From: Myxococcota bacterium
Lineage (GTDB): Bacteria; Myxococcota_A; UBA9042; PHBI01; JAWLBL01
Reading direction: 5' to 3'
Assembly: GCA_041687695.1 (NCBI GenBank)
Contig: JAWLBL010000007.1
Span: 32,001 to 96,000, forward strand
DNA: 64,000 nucleotides
Under the pieces are notes generated by a model. That model worked only from the letters and a program-made list of their open reading frames with translations, was not told the origin of the DNA and made no database searches. This document shows, piece by piece, positions 1 to 19,888 of this stretch (positions are counted from its first letter, which is position 1; each line of letters opens with the position of its first letter). Position numbers and translations under genes: made by a program.

Positions 1-7158
<7,158 letters not shown>

Positions 7159-7294
7159 CCCCGCCCCCTGACGATCCGCCGTTCCCAGTAGACCGTTCCT
7201 AACCCGGTCCGTCGCGCTCGCACAAGGGCGTGGGACGACAACGGCGCACGGCGGCGAAACCAGCGGGGCCTGGGGACCCACCGCGCGCCGCGGC

Positions 7295-10108
<2,814 letters not shown>

Positions 10109-10401
10109 GGGCGCGGCTCCCCTCTGCCACGCGCGGGCGACCCGACCACCGTAGCATCGCTGGCGTCGCTTGGAAGGCGATCCACGGGATTTCCGGGCAT
10201 GTCGATTATGATCTTCGTCATTAGGGCGAAGTGTGTGTTTCATGCGTCAGTTCGCCGCTGGAGCCGGGGCGGGCTTGCCTCGCGGGCGTCGGGCCCCATC
10301 ATTGCACCCTTCACGCGCCGGCCGGGTCGCACCCGGCGGGCGGTCGCGCGCGGCCTTGGGCCGCGGCGCCAGTTCCCGTCGCCTACGGGAGGACGCCAAG
10401 C

Positions 10402-11073
10402 ATGGTCTCGGACATCGATCTCGCCCGCATCAAGCCCTTCACCCGCGCGAGCGGCCGCGCCAGCGAGCCGGCCTCCGAGGCGGAGGATCGAGGCGCCCCG
10501 GCCGCGATCGACGAGGGCCGCCTCGCCCGCGCCGTGCGCGAGATCCTGATCGCCATCGGAGAGGACCCCGACCGCGAGGGGCTCGTCGAGACCCCGGACC
10601 GCGTGGCCCGCGCCTTCGCCGAGCTGTGCGGGGGGCTGCGAGAGGATCCGGGGGTGCACCTCTCCAAGGTGTTCGACGAGGGCTTCGGCGAGACCGTCAC
10701 CCTGCGCGACATCCCCTTCGACAGCCTCTGCGAGCACCACCTGCTGCCCTTCAGCGGGGTCGCCCACGTGGCCTACCTGCCCGCGGACGGCCGCGTCGTC
10801 GGGCTGTCGAAGCTGGCGCGCACGGTCGAGACCTTCGCCCGCCGGCCGCAGGTCCAGGAGCGGCTGACCGCGCAGATCGCCGACGCCCTCGACCAGCACC
10901 TGTCCCCGCTGGGGGTCTGCGTCATCGTCGAGGCCGAGCACTCGTGCATGAAGATGCGGGGCGTGGGCAAGGCGGGCGCGGTCATGACGACCACGGCGCA
11001 CCGCGGCGCCCTGCGCGACGATCCCGCGCTGCGGCGCGAGGTGATGGACCTCCTCCTGCGTCGAGACCCCTAG
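10402..11073 (+). CDS. folE: GTP cyclohydrolase I
   Basis: Motifs [26 protein letters not shown] and [16 protein letters not shown] before the ATG at 10402. Confidence 0.96.
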   Translation: MVSDIDLARIKPFTRASGRASEPASEAEDRGAPAAIDEGRLARAVREILIAIGEDPDREGLVETPDRVARAFAELCGGLREDPGVHLSKVFDEGFGETVTLRDIPFDSLCEHHLLPFSGVAHVAYLPADGRVVGLSKLARTVETFARRPQVQERLTAQIADALDQHLSPLGVCVIVEAEHSCMKMRGVGKAGAVMTTTAHRGALRDDPALRREVMDLLLRRDP

Positions 11074-11086
11074 GAGCTCCCAGGCG

Positions 11087-11944
11087 TCAGGGCTCGCCCA
11101 GCAGCGACGTGGGCGCCACGCCCAGCGCCTCGGCCAGGCGGAGCACCGCGGCCAGGGTCACGTTCTGGCGGCCGCGCTCGATGGCGCTCACGTAGGTGCG
11201 ATCCAGGCCGGCGCGCTCGGCCAGCGCCTGCTGGCTGAGGCCCGCCGCGCGGCGCAGGTGCCGCAGGCGGTCGCCCAGGGCCTCGAGGTACCGGGCCAGC
11301 GTGTCCTCGGGCGCGACCCCGACCAGGCGACGCGCCGCCTGCAGGGCCGTGGGCGCGTCCGAGACGGCCAGGTCGGCGCCCAGCTCGCGGTCGGGCGGCC
11401 GGACGGCCGGCCCGCCGACGATGACCAGCGGCGGCGAGGGCAGCGCCCGCAGGCCCTCGGCGGCGCGGGTGGCACCCTCGCGCGCGTCGGTGACTGTCAC
11501 GCCGATGACCACCAGCGCCGCGCCAACGCGCGCGGCGTAGTCGACCAGGGCCTCGGCCGGCGTGTTGGCGCCCAGGAAGGCGACCTGCCAGCCGTCGAGG
11601 TGCAGCAGCTCGGCCATCACCCGCGCCCCGAGCCCGTGGTGATCCCCCTCGGGGCAGGCGACGACGGCGCCGAGCCCGTGCGGCGGGACACGCGGGAGCG
11701 ACCCGCGCAGGCTCTCGACGCATGCCCACGCCGTGTGGGTCGCCAGGTGCTCGTCGGCCACCGACACCCGGCCGGCGTGCCACAGGTCCCCGACCTCGGC
11801 GACCGCGGGCGCGAGCAGCCCCGTCAGGACCTCGGCGGCCGAGACGGCCTGGGCGAGCTGGGCCCGCAGCAGCTCGAGGGCGCGGTCGCGGTCGCCCCGC
11901 AGCAGGGCGTCGCGCAGCTCGGCGCGCGCGGAGGCGGGGATCAC
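11087..11944 (-). CDS. Cobalamin-binding regulator (CarH-like helix bundle + B12 Rossmann domain) with C-terminal XRE HTH
   Basis: VGDLWHAGRVSVADEH (W-x9-EH), EGDHHGLG...GWQVAFLG, and C-terminal GLSQQALAERAGLDRTYVSAIERG. The GTG start overlaps the photolyase TGA. Confidence 0.88.
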   Translation of the reverse strand: MIPASARAELRDALLRGDRDRALELLRAQLAQAVSAAEVLTGLLAPAVAEVGDLWHAGRVSVADEHLATHTAWACVESLRGSLPRVPPHGLGAVVACPEGDHHGLGARVMAELLHLDGWQVAFLGANTPAEALVDYAARVGAALVVIGVTVTDAREGATRAAEGLRALPSPPLVIVGGPAVRPPDRELGADLAVSDAPTALQAARRLVGVAPEDTLARYLEALGDRLRHLRRAAGLSQQALAERAGLDRTYVSAIERGRQNVTLAAVLRLAEALGVAPTSLLGEP

Positions 11945-13428
11945 GAGCGCTCGCTCGCGGGGCCGAAGCGCGCGAGGTAGGCGCTCATGGCGTGCTTGCG
12001 GCGCGCGCTGTCGGACGTCATGTACCGCACCTTCCCGTAGATCGGGCGCTCGGGCCCCCAGGGCCGGTCGTAGCGCCCGAAGCACCAGCCGATGCCACTG
12101 TAGGAGTTGGGGTCGCGTCCGTCGACGGCCCACCGGTCGTTCAGGGCGACCAGCCACTCGAAGGCCTGCTGCGGGTGGCGGGTCCACGCGAGGACGCGCT
12201 TGCCCCAGACCATGCGCAGGCGGTTGTGCAGGCGGCCCTCGGTCACCAGCTGCCGCTGGGCGGCGTTCCACACCGGGTCGTCGGTCTCGGCGCGCTCGAG
12301 GCGCTCGAACGTGTAAAGGGCCGGGCGCCGGTCGCGGGCGTGGGCTTCGAGGGTGGCGCGCGCCCAGTCGGGCAGCCCCTCCCAGCGGTCGGCGTCGTCG
12401 CGGTGGGCGCAGAAGTTGAGGCCCAGCTCGCGCCAGGTCACCAGCTGGTCCAAGAAGGCCTCGGCGTCGGGGCCGACCCCCCAGAAGCCCTCGCGCGCCC
12501 CGGTGGCGCGGGACCCCAGGCGAGCCGGCGACCAGCGCTCGCGGGCCATCAGGGCGTCGAAGACCTCGTGGGCGGACAGGTGCCCGAAGTGCAGGTAGGG
12601 GCTCAGGCCGCTGGTGGCCTCGTGGTCCGGGTCGTCGCGGTGGGCCAGGTATTGGCCGAGGCGTCGGTCGAGGAAGCGGTCGAGCGCCGCGCGGGCCGCC
12701 TCCTGGCCGCCGCGGAAGGGCGCCGGACCGACCTGGTGATCGATGGGGAAGGCGGCGAGCCCGTCGCGGCCCGCGAGCAGCGCGGCGGGAGCGGCCGGCC
12801 AGCGGCGCGTCACCGCCGGCGGGAGCTTCGGCGCCCGGGGCAGGGCGAGGCCGGCCAGCGGGTCGGGCAGGGGCGGGTCGGCCAGGACGCGTCGGATCTC
12901 GCGCTGCACGAAGCGGCGGAAGGCGAAGGCGGTGCCCCAGGCGCGGTCGGTGGCGGTCAGCGGCAGGAGGCCGTTGCCGTCGACGGCCTCGAGGCGGGTG
13001 GTCAGCTGGCGGCCGGCGGCGGCCACCATGCGGGGCAGGAAGAAGGCCGGGAAGTCGTCGGTGACGACGCAGCAGGCGTCCCGGGCCATTGTCTGCAGCA
13101 GGCCCTGGCCGTCGCCGGGCCGCGGCTCGAGGTAGGGGTGATAGGCGACCCCGGCCGCCTCGAAGGCCGCCGCCTGGTCGGCCATCCCGTCGAGGACGAA
13201 GCGGTGCAGGCGGTCGGAGGCCCAGGGGTAGGCGACGCGCAGCGGCTCGAGCACCACCAGCGGCCGGCCCCACTCGGCGGCGCGCGCGGCGGCGTGCTGC
13301 AGGGCGAAGGAGGAGCGGGTGCGGCGGGCCGCGATCATCCAGTACAGGACGAAGGCGCCGTCGGGGCGTGGCGGGGCCTCGTTGACGGCGCGGACGCGGT
13401 CGGGGGGAGCGGGAGTGAGCCGAGCCAT
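11941..13428 (-). CDS. phr: Deoxyribodipyrimidine photolyase, class II-like
   Basis: VLYWM, SGLSPYLHFGHLS, WNAAQRQL, RMVWGK, DGRDPNSY and ERPIYGKVRYM. Confidence 0.92.
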   Translation of the reverse strand: MARLTPAPPDRVRAVNEAPPRPDGAFVLYWMIAARRTRSSFALQHAAARAAEWGRPLVVLEPLRVAYPWASDRLHRFVLDGMADQAAAFEAAGVAYHPYLEPRPGDGQGLLQTMARDACCVVTDDFPAFFLPRMVAAAGRQLTTRLEAVDGNGLLPLTATDRAWGTAFAFRRFVQREIRRVLADPPLPDPLAGLALPRAPKLPPAVTRRWPAAPAALLAGRDGLAAFPIDHQVGPAPFRGGQEAARAALDRFLDRRLGQYLAHRDDPDHEATSGLSPYLHFGHLSAHEVFDALMARERWSPARLGSRATGAREGFWGVGPDAEAFLDQLVTWRELGLNFCAHRDDADRWEGLPDWARATLEAHARDRRPALYTFERLERAETDDPVWNAAQRQLVTEGRLHNRLRMVWGKRVLAWTRHPQQAFEWLVALNDRWAVDGRDPNSYSGIGWCFGRYDRPWGPERPIYGKVRYMTSDSARRKHAMSAYLARFGPASERS

Positions 13429-13610
13429 GGCGCGAGCCTCGCAGAACGGTTGATTGGACTCAACGTCGTGCGTTCCTATTGTGGCTTTTAATCGTCGAAA
13501 GGGGGCGAAGTGCGGACGCAGGGCTCCAGGCAACCATGGGCGCGCCGGGAGAGCGGCCCAGGGGGGCGGAGGCGGTGGCGCACGACGCGCGGCCACACCG
13601 AGGCCGCGGC

Positions 13611-14639
13611 GTGAGCGACCGGGACCCCGAGCTGGGCGCGGCGGCGGGCGCGGGGCCGGCGGAAGCGGGCCGGGCGGGGCCGCGCGTGCGGATCGGCGTG
13701 TCGGCCTGCCTGACCGGGCGGCCGGTGCGCTTCGACGGCGGCCACAAGCAGAACGCGTTCGTCGTCGAGGAGCTCGCGTCGATCGCGACCCTGGTGCCGA
13801 TGTGCCCCGAGTGGGCGCTGGGCCTGGGCGCGCCCCGTGAGGCGCTGCGGCTGGTCCGCAGCGGGGAGGGCGCGCGCCTCGTCACCGCGCGCTCGGGGGT
13901 GGACCACACCGAGCGCATGCGGGCGTGGGCCGGGCGCGAGGTCGACGGGCTGGCCGCGGCGGGGCTGTGCGGCGGGCTCTGTGGTTTCGTGGTCAAGAAG
14001 GACTCGCCGACCTGCGGGCTCGAGCGGGTCAAGGTCTACGACCCGCGGACGGGACAGCCGTCGCGCACCGGGGTCGGGGCGTTCACCGCCGCGCTGCGGG
14101 CGCGCCTGCCCCTGCTGCCGGTCGAGGAGGAGGGGCGCCTGAACGACCCCGGGCTGCGCGACGCGTTCCTGACCAGGATCTTCGCGGTGGCGCGCGGCCG
14201 GGCGCTGCTCGACGCGGGGCCGGACCGGTCGGCGCTGGCGCGCTTCCACGCGCAGGAGAAGCTGCTGCTGCTCGCCTACGACGAGCGGGCGCTGCGCGGG
14301 CTGGGCCGGCTGGTGGCCGAGGCGAGCGCGTCCGACGCCGGACGGGTGGCCGAGGCCTACGTCGAGGGGTTCCTGGCCGCGCTGGCCGGGCCGCCCTCGC
14401 GGGGCCGGCACGTCAACGTCCTGCTGCACATGCTGGGGCACCTGCGCGACGGCGCCGACCGGGCGGTGCGGGGCGACGTCCGGGAGGCCATCGAGGCCTA
14501 CCGCGCGGGTCAGGCGCCGCGCGACGCGCCGCTGACGCTGCTGCGGCACTACATCGGGCGGCTCGGGCTGACCTGGCTGGCCGCGCAGACCTACCTGCGC
14601 CCCTATCCGCGGACGCTGGTGCGGCTGGGCTGGTCCTGA
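13611..14639 (+). CDS. DUF523/DUF1722 (YbgA-like) protein
   Basis: IGVSACLTG..VRFDGGH, CPE, SPTCG, PVEEEGRLND and HVNVLLHMLG; the start is uncertain. Confidence 0.9.
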   Translation: MSDRDPELGAAAGAGPAEAGRAGPRVRIGVSACLTGRPVRFDGGHKQNAFVVEELASIATLVPMCPEWALGLGAPREALRLVRSGEGARLVTARSGVDHTERMRAWAGREVDGLAAAGLCGGLCGFVVKKDSPTCGLERVKVYDPRTGQPSRTGVGAFTAALRARLPLLPVEEEGRLNDPGLRDAFLTRIFAVARGRALLDAGPDRSALARFHAQEKLLLLAYDERALRGLGRLVAEASASDAGRVAEAYVEGFLAALAGPPSRGRHVNVLLHMLGHLRDGADRAVRGDVREAIEAYRAGQAPRDAPLTLLRHYIGRLGLTWLAAQTYLRPYPRTLVRLGWS

Positions 14640-14642
14640 GCG

Positions 14643-15197
14643 TCAGGCCGGCCGGGGCGGCGCGACCACGCGGGTGAGCGGGCCGGCGTGCTCGAGCGTG
14701 AAGAAGGACGGGGTGCCGACGGTGAAGCCCCAGTCGAGGTAGGTCCAGCCGAGCAGGAGGGTGGGATCGCCCGGGGTGACGGCGACCAGCGGGTCGCGGC
14801 CCCGGTTGAGGGGGTCGAGCCGCGCGTTGCCGCCGAGGCCGTAGTGGATGAGCAGGCCGGGTGTCGGGAAGGGCAGGCGGTGGCCTTCGGGCGGGACGAC
14901 GCGGTAGTGGCCGAAGGTGACGGGGACGTCGCGCCGGGTCCGGGGCGTGTCGGGCGCGTCGAGGCCGTCCTGGACCAGGCGGACGTTCCAGCCGCGCAGG
15001 TGCCCGGTCCGTGGGTCGCGGTGGAAGGTCTTGCGGAACTTCTTCCAGGTCAGGCGCTCGAGGAGGCGGCCGAGCCCCAGGCTGGTGCCGCGGTACTCGG
15101 TGTCGTCGAGCGCGGCGGGGTCCACCGGGTGGCCGGCGCGCAGGACCTGCATCAGCTCCTTGCGGGTCATGGCGTGGAGCTCGGCGGCGGTGGGCAT
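14643..15197 (-). CDS. Conserved-looking hypothetical protein
   Basis: Coding-like GC3 bias, AGGAG RBS, globular-looking sequence (WKKFRKTF, GWNVR, FGHY). Confidence 0.7.
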   Translation of the reverse strand: MPTAAELHAMTRKELMQVLRAGHPVDPAALDDTEYRGTSLGLGRLLERLTWKKFRKTFHRDPRTGHLRGWNVRLVQDGLDAPDTPRTRRDVPVTFGHYRVVPPEGHRLPFPTPGLLIHYGLGGNARLDPLNRGRDPLVAVTPGDPTLLLGWTYLDWGFTVGTPSFFTLEHAGPLTRVVAPPRPA

Positions 15198-15287
15198 GGC
15201 GCGGGTCTCCTGGGGCGGGGCGCGCCGGGGCGCGCGATGGGGCCGGAGACGCGGATGTAACACGGTTCGGGGGCGGCGGCGACGCGC

Positions 15288-16136
15288 CTACTCGCGCAGC
15301 TTGCGGCCCGAGCGGAGCAGGAGCCAGGCGTAGCCCCACAGGGCCGCGTTGGAGGCGACGAGGATGAGGGCGCCGCTCCAGACCGGGACGTCCGAGTGGC
15401 CGACCATGCCGTGGCGCAGTCCGCTGACCATGTAGAGGATGGGGTTGAAGTGCGAGAGGGTGTCCCAGGGCGCCGGGAGCATGTCGATGGAGTAGAAGAC
15501 GCCGCCGAGGAAGGTGAGCGGGGTGATGAGGAAGCTGGGCAGCAGGTTGATGTGGTTGAAGTCGCGGGCGTGGATGGCGATGACGACCCCCAGGGTCGCG
15601 AACATCGTGGCGGTGAGCAGCATGAAGGCGACGGTCACGCCCAGGTGGGCCAGGGTCTGGGCGCCCATCAGGGCCGCGACGATCCAGATGATGACGCCGA
15701 CCAGCAGGGCTCGCAGGACCGAGGCGCCGACGTAGGCGAAGAGGATCTGGCCCGGGGTGAGCGGCGAGACCAGCACGTCGACGATGGTGCCCTGGATCTT
15801 GGTCAGAAAGAGCGAGAAGGCCGAGTTGATGAAGGCGTTGTTGATGACGCCCAGCATCACCAGCCCCGGGACGATGAAGCTGATGTAGGGCACGCCGTCG
15901 ATGGCGCGGAGCCGGTCGCCGAGCGAGTAGCCGAAGACCACGAAGTAGAGCAGGGTGGTGACGACCGGGCTGCCGATGGTCTGGGCGGCGGTGTTCCAGA
16001 AGCGGCGGACCTCCTTGCCGAACAGGGTCCAGACGCCGCCGAGGCGGGGCTCGCGGGCGCGCTCGAGCAGGGCGGCGACGCGGGCGCGGGCGGCGTCGGC
16101 CGGGCCGTGGAGGTCGGGCGGGGTGGCGGCGCTCAC
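15288..16136 (-). CDS. ABC-2 type transporter permease (YadH-like)
   Basis: KEVRRF, YISFIVPGLVM and PLTFLGGVFYS; about 6 TM segments; start overlaps the ATPase stop. Confidence 0.9.
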   Translation of the reverse strand: MSAATPPDLHGPADAARARVAALLERAREPRLGGVWTLFGKEVRRFWNTAAQTIGSPVVTTLLYFVVFGYSLGDRLRAIDGVPYISFIVPGLVMLGVINNAFINSAFSLFLTKIQGTIVDVLVSPLTPGQILFAYVGASVLRALLVGVIIWIVAALMGAQTLAHLGVTVAFMLLTATMFATLGVVIAIHARDFNHINLLPSFLITPLTFLGGVFYSIDMLPAPWDTLSHFNPILYMVSGLRHGMVGHSDVPVWSGALILVASNAALWGYAWLLLRSGRKLRE

Positions 16137-17143
16137 GGAGGGCCTCCGCCGGTGACGCCGCGGGAGGGAGGGGCCTGGCGGTCCTCGGTGAAGACGAGGC
16201 GGCGGAAGACGGCCTCGAGGGAGGAGCGGTGGGCGTCGACGGAGGCGACGTCCAGGTCCAGGCCGCGCAGGGCGTCGAGGAGGCGCTGCACCGGGCTGGG
16301 GGCGGCGTCCGCGGCGCGGTCGGCCTCGGCGTCGCGGTAGACCAGGCGGACGCCCTCGCCGGCGAGCGGCTCGAGCTGCAGATCGGGCAGGCGGGCGAAC
16401 AGCTCGGGCGGCGGGGGGCGCGTCAGGCGCACGTCCACGGTCCGGCTGGCGTACTCGGCCATGAGCGCTTCGCGCCGGTCGACCCGCAGCAGGCGGCCGC
16501 CGTCGATGATGCCGACCCGGTCGGCGAGCATCTCGGCCTCCTCGATGTAGTGGGTCGTCAGGACGATGGTGGTGCCCAGCTCGCGCAGGCGCCGCACGTA
16601 GGCCCACAGCTCTTCGCGCAGGACGACGTCGACGCCGGCGGTCGGCTCGTCGAGGAAGAGCAGGGCCGGGTCGTGCACGAGCGCCTTGACGATGAGCAGG
16701 CGGCGCTTCATGCCGCCCGAGAGCCAGCGGGAGTTGGCGTCGGCCTTGCCGCTGAGATCGAAGGCGTCGAGCAGCTCGTCGACGCGCCGCTCGCTGGGGG
16801 GCTCGCCGTAGTAGCCGCCCTGGTAGCGGATGAGGTCGCGGACGGTGAAGAAGGCGTCGTAGTTGAGCTCTTGCGGCACGAGGCCGACCAGGCGACGGGT
16901 GACGCGGTAGTCGCGCACGACGTCGTAGCCGGCGACCGTGATGCGGCCCGAAAACCCCACCGTCAGCCCGGTCACGCAGCCGATGAGGGTCGTCTTGCCG
17001 GCGCCGTTGGGGCCGAGCAGGGCGAAGATCTCGCCGGGCTCGATGGCCAGGCTGACGTCGTCGACGGCGACGAGATCACCGTAACGCTTGGTGACCCCGT
17101 CGATGCGGACGAGGGGCTCACCAGGGGCTGGAGGGGCGCCCAT
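16133..17143 (-). CDS. ABC transporter ATP-binding protein (YadG-like)
   Basis: Walker A GPNGAGKTT, signature LSGGMKRR, Walker B LFLDEPT. Confidence 0.95.
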   Translation of the reverse strand: MGAPPAPGEPLVRIDGVTKRYGDLVAVDDVSLAIEPGEIFALLGPNGAGKTTLIGCVTGLTVGFSGRITVAGYDVVRDYRVTRRLVGLVPQELNYDAFFTVRDLIRYQGGYYGEPPSERRVDELLDAFDLSGKADANSRWLSGGMKRRLLIVKALVHDPALLFLDEPTAGVDVVLREELWAYVRRLRELGTTIVLTTHYIEEAEMLADRVGIIDGGRLLRVDRREALMAEYASRTVDVRLTRPPPPELFARLPDLQLEPLAGEGVRLVYRDAEADRAADAAPSPVQRLLDALRGLDLDVASVDAHRSSLEAVFRRLVFTEDRQAPPSRGVTGGGPP

Positions 17144-17237
17144 CAAGGTCCTTTCGGTCGGCAGGCGGCGACAGACTACCGACCCGCGTCACCGACTGAC
17201 AAGGAGGCGCCCCCGTGCGCCCCTCCGAGCGCGCGCC

Positions 17238-18482
17238 TCAGCGGGTGAGGGTCATCGTGTCGAACACGCGGCCGGTGGCGTCGATGGCGCGCAGGGTGAG
17301 GCGGTCCCCCTCGATCTCGACGTGCACGAAGTGCAGCACCGACTCGGCGAAGGCCGTGAAGGACGACGCGCCGACGCTGCGGACGCCGTGGCCGCCGCCG
17401 CCCGTGACGATGGTGGTCAGCCCGTCGACGGCGTGCGTCCGCTCGTAGTGGTGGTCGTGGCCGGCGAGCACCAGCGGGACCTGGTGGGCGCGCAGGATGG
17501 GCGAGAACAGCCGCTGGAACTGTTCGTTGGAGCCGTGGCGGCCCGACGACAGCGGCGGGCGATGGGCGAAGACGACGACCCAGGGGAGGTCGTTGGCGGC
17601 GAGGTCGGCCTCGAGCCAGGCCGCCTGGGCCTCGCTCATGACCTCGGTGTCGAGGCCGACGAAGTGGACGTCGCCCCAGTCGAAGCTGTACCAGCGCTCC
17701 TCGCCGCCCTGCCCGCCGTTTTCGGGCAGGGCGAAGGCCTCGCGCAGCGGCGCGCCCTCGTCGGTCTCGTAGTCGTGGTTGCCGGCCACCGGGAACGTCG
17801 GGATGAAGCGGATGAGGTCCTGGTAGACCTCGAAGAAGCCGCGCTCGAGCTGCTTGGGCGTGCCGGAGCTGTAGGCCACGTCGCCGGTGACGAGCATCAG
17901 GTCGAAGGGCACGGTGTCGAGCTGGTTGCGGACCAGCCACTGCTCGTCGCCGCCGTCGCCCGAGTCGCCGAACGCGACGAAGCGCACGGGCTCGCCGGAC
18001 CCGGGCGGGGGGGCGGTGCGGAAGCCGGCCCGCTCCGTCAGGGCGGCCTTGCCGGCCTCGAGCTGGTAGCAGTAGGTCGCCCCCGGCTCCAGGCCCTCGA
18101 TCTCGGCCACGCGCTGGCCCGAGAAGTGCTTGGCCGGCTCGCCGACCGCGGCGACGGAGGCGACCGCCTCGCCTGCGGGCGTGGTCACGGAGACGCGCAC
18201 GGGCGTGTCGTCGGTGGTGGTCCACATGACGACGGCCGACGTGCCGGTGGTCCGCTGCACATAGGGCTGGCGGACCAGGGCCGGGGCCCCGGCGAGGGTG
18301 GGGGCGCCGTCGCCGCAGGCCGCGACCTGCGCCGCGTCGGGGCGCTCGCGCAGCCCGAGCCCGGCGGACAGATCCCCGGTCTTCGAGGCGCTCACGGAGG
18401 AGGGCGTCACGCACCCGGACAGCGTGGAGAGGGCAGCCACCGCGCCTACGGTGGCCGCTACGATCGAGCGAGCCTGCAGCAT
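17238..18482 (-). CDS. Purple acid phosphatase-like metallophosphoesterase lipoprotein
   Basis: Lipobox LSGC; FN3-like region; motifs GDSG, GDVAY, GNHD and GHDHHYER. Confidence 0.9.
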   Translation of the reverse strand: MLQARSIVAATVGAVAALSTLSGCVTPSSVSASKTGDLSAGLGLRERPDAAQVAACGDGAPTLAGAPALVRQPYVQRTTGTSAVVMWTTTDDTPVRVSVTTPAGEAVASVAAVGEPAKHFSGQRVAEIEGLEPGATYCYQLEAGKAALTERAGFRTAPPPGSGEPVRFVAFGDSGDGGDEQWLVRNQLDTVPFDLMLVTGDVAYSSGTPKQLERGFFEVYQDLIRFIPTFPVAGNHDYETDEGAPLREAFALPENGGQGGEERWYSFDWGDVHFVGLDTEVMSEAQAAWLEADLAANDLPWVVVFAHRPPLSSGRHGSNEQFQRLFSPILRAHQVPLVLAGHDHHYERTHAVDGLTTIVTGGGGHGVRSVGASSFTAFAESVLHFVHVEIEGDRLTLRAIDATGRVFDTMTLTR

Positions 18483-18751
18483 CCCATTCCCCGACGAGCG
18501 GTCGCGCCGCTCGGAAGTCGGCCGGCCGGTATGCCGGACGCGGTCGCAACCCCCTGGAAAGAGTTGGGATTCCGAAGGCGCGCGTTCAGGCCGCGCGGTG
18601 GGATGCCCGCCAGCGGGGCGTTCGGCAGGCTCTGGACGGGCCTGGATGAGGCCGAAGTGGGGCGAGGGCGACCCGGGATGCGGACCGGCCGAGTCGGCGC
18701 GGGTGGGCGCCGCCTCGGCACGTCGGGGGCGATGCAGGAGGGCCGGCGGGT

Positions 18752-19471
18752 CTATTCGAGCATGCTGGTGAGGGTCGGCGAGGGCGTCCAGGAGCGGATG
18801 ACGAGGTCGCCGTCCGCCTGGCGGTCCATGATGAGCCACAGGCGCTGGCCGTAGGCGTCGTTCGGGGTCATGAACGAGAAGCCGACGGCGATCCGCTGCA
18901 CCGGCTCGAGCCAGGCCGTCCCGAGCAGATCGATCTGCACGTCGGCGTCGCTGGCGAGGATCTTGAGCTCCTCGATGGCGTTGAGCGCCTCTGGGGTGGC
19001 CGCCGTGGCGGCCTGCCAGGCCTGCATGTCGTCGCCTCGCAGGGCCTCGACCATGCGGCTGCCCCAGGCGCGTCCCTCCGGGCTCTCGGGCAGGTCCTCG
19101 AAGCGCGCGACGGCCGGCAGGGTCCCGTCGAGGAAGCCGGCCTTGTGCGCCTCGGACTTGGTCGGCCCCTCGATGTGCCAGCCCTCGTCGAAGTAGCGCA
19201 TGAGGAGCCAGAGCTTGCCGACCGAGCCCTCGTAACCTTCGGCGAAGACCGAGGCGTGCAGGGCGGCGCGGCCGTCGCGCTGCTCGGGCGCCTCGCCGTC
19301 CTCGAGGCGCAGCTTCTTTCGGACCGCCTGGTCGAACAGGCGTCGCGCGGTGTCGCCTTCGGTGGACCAGCCCTTCTCGGTGCAGATCGCGCGCGCCTGC
19401 TGCTCGTCGCTGCTGTCGATGGCCTGGGTGAACGCGCGGAGCGCGTCGCGAGGGGTCTGTGCCGGCTGCAT
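18752..19471 (-). CDS. Hypothetical protein with two similar halves
   Basis: GGAGG RBS and good codon bias; the KLWLLM/RLWLIM segments look duplicated. Confidence 0.7.
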   Translation of the reverse strand: MQPAQTPRDALRAFTQAIDSSDEQQARAICTEKGWSTEGDTARRLFDQAVRKKLRLEDGEAPEQRDGRAALHASVFAEGYEGSVGKLWLLMRYFDEGWHIEGPTKSEAHKAGFLDGTLPAVARFEDLPESPEGRAWGSRMVEALRGDDMQAWQAATAATPEALNAIEELKILASDADVQIDLLGTAWLEPVQRIAVGFSFMTPNDAYGQRLWLIMDRQADGDLVIRSWTPSPTLTSMLE

Positions 19472-19781
19472 GGAACCTCCAGATGCGGATGCGATGGGCC
19501 ACGGCGGCCAGCGGACGTCGGACGGGATGCGGACGCGCGCGTGCTCGACGCGGGGGGACGGTGAAGGGGAGGGAGACGCGGCACAGGCTACTCGAAACCG
19601 GAGCTACGTCGAAGGGGCCGCCCCCTTGCGCCGGGCCCGGCCCGGGCCTGGGGAACAAAGGGGCAGCCGGGATCCTCGGTGTCACGAGACGATGCGGGCG
19701 TGTCTCAGCGCGGGCGTGACAGGTGTCGCATTGTGTGACGAGCGCCATGCCGCTACGCCGTCTGCCGCTTGGCGGGACGTG

Positions 19782-19797
19782 TGGCCCGCGGTTTGCA
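19782..19797 (+). promoter_or_regulatory. Putative sigma54 -24/-12 promoter
   Basis: TGGCCCGCGGTTTGCA (GG-N10-GC) about 90 nt upstream of the ORF at 19889, with TGTC/GACA palindromes further upstream. Confidence 0.6.
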
Positions 19798-19888
19798 GTG
19801 ACCCTCGAGCACCGCTACCGCCGAACGTCGCCGGTCCTTCGTCTGGCTGGACCAACGGGGGCGTCCCACGACATCGAGGAGACAGACG

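Noticed and set aside
10110..13610. Cobalamin riboswitch near the B12-binding regulator
   Set aside because: No B12-box or recognisable conserved core in the intergenic segments.
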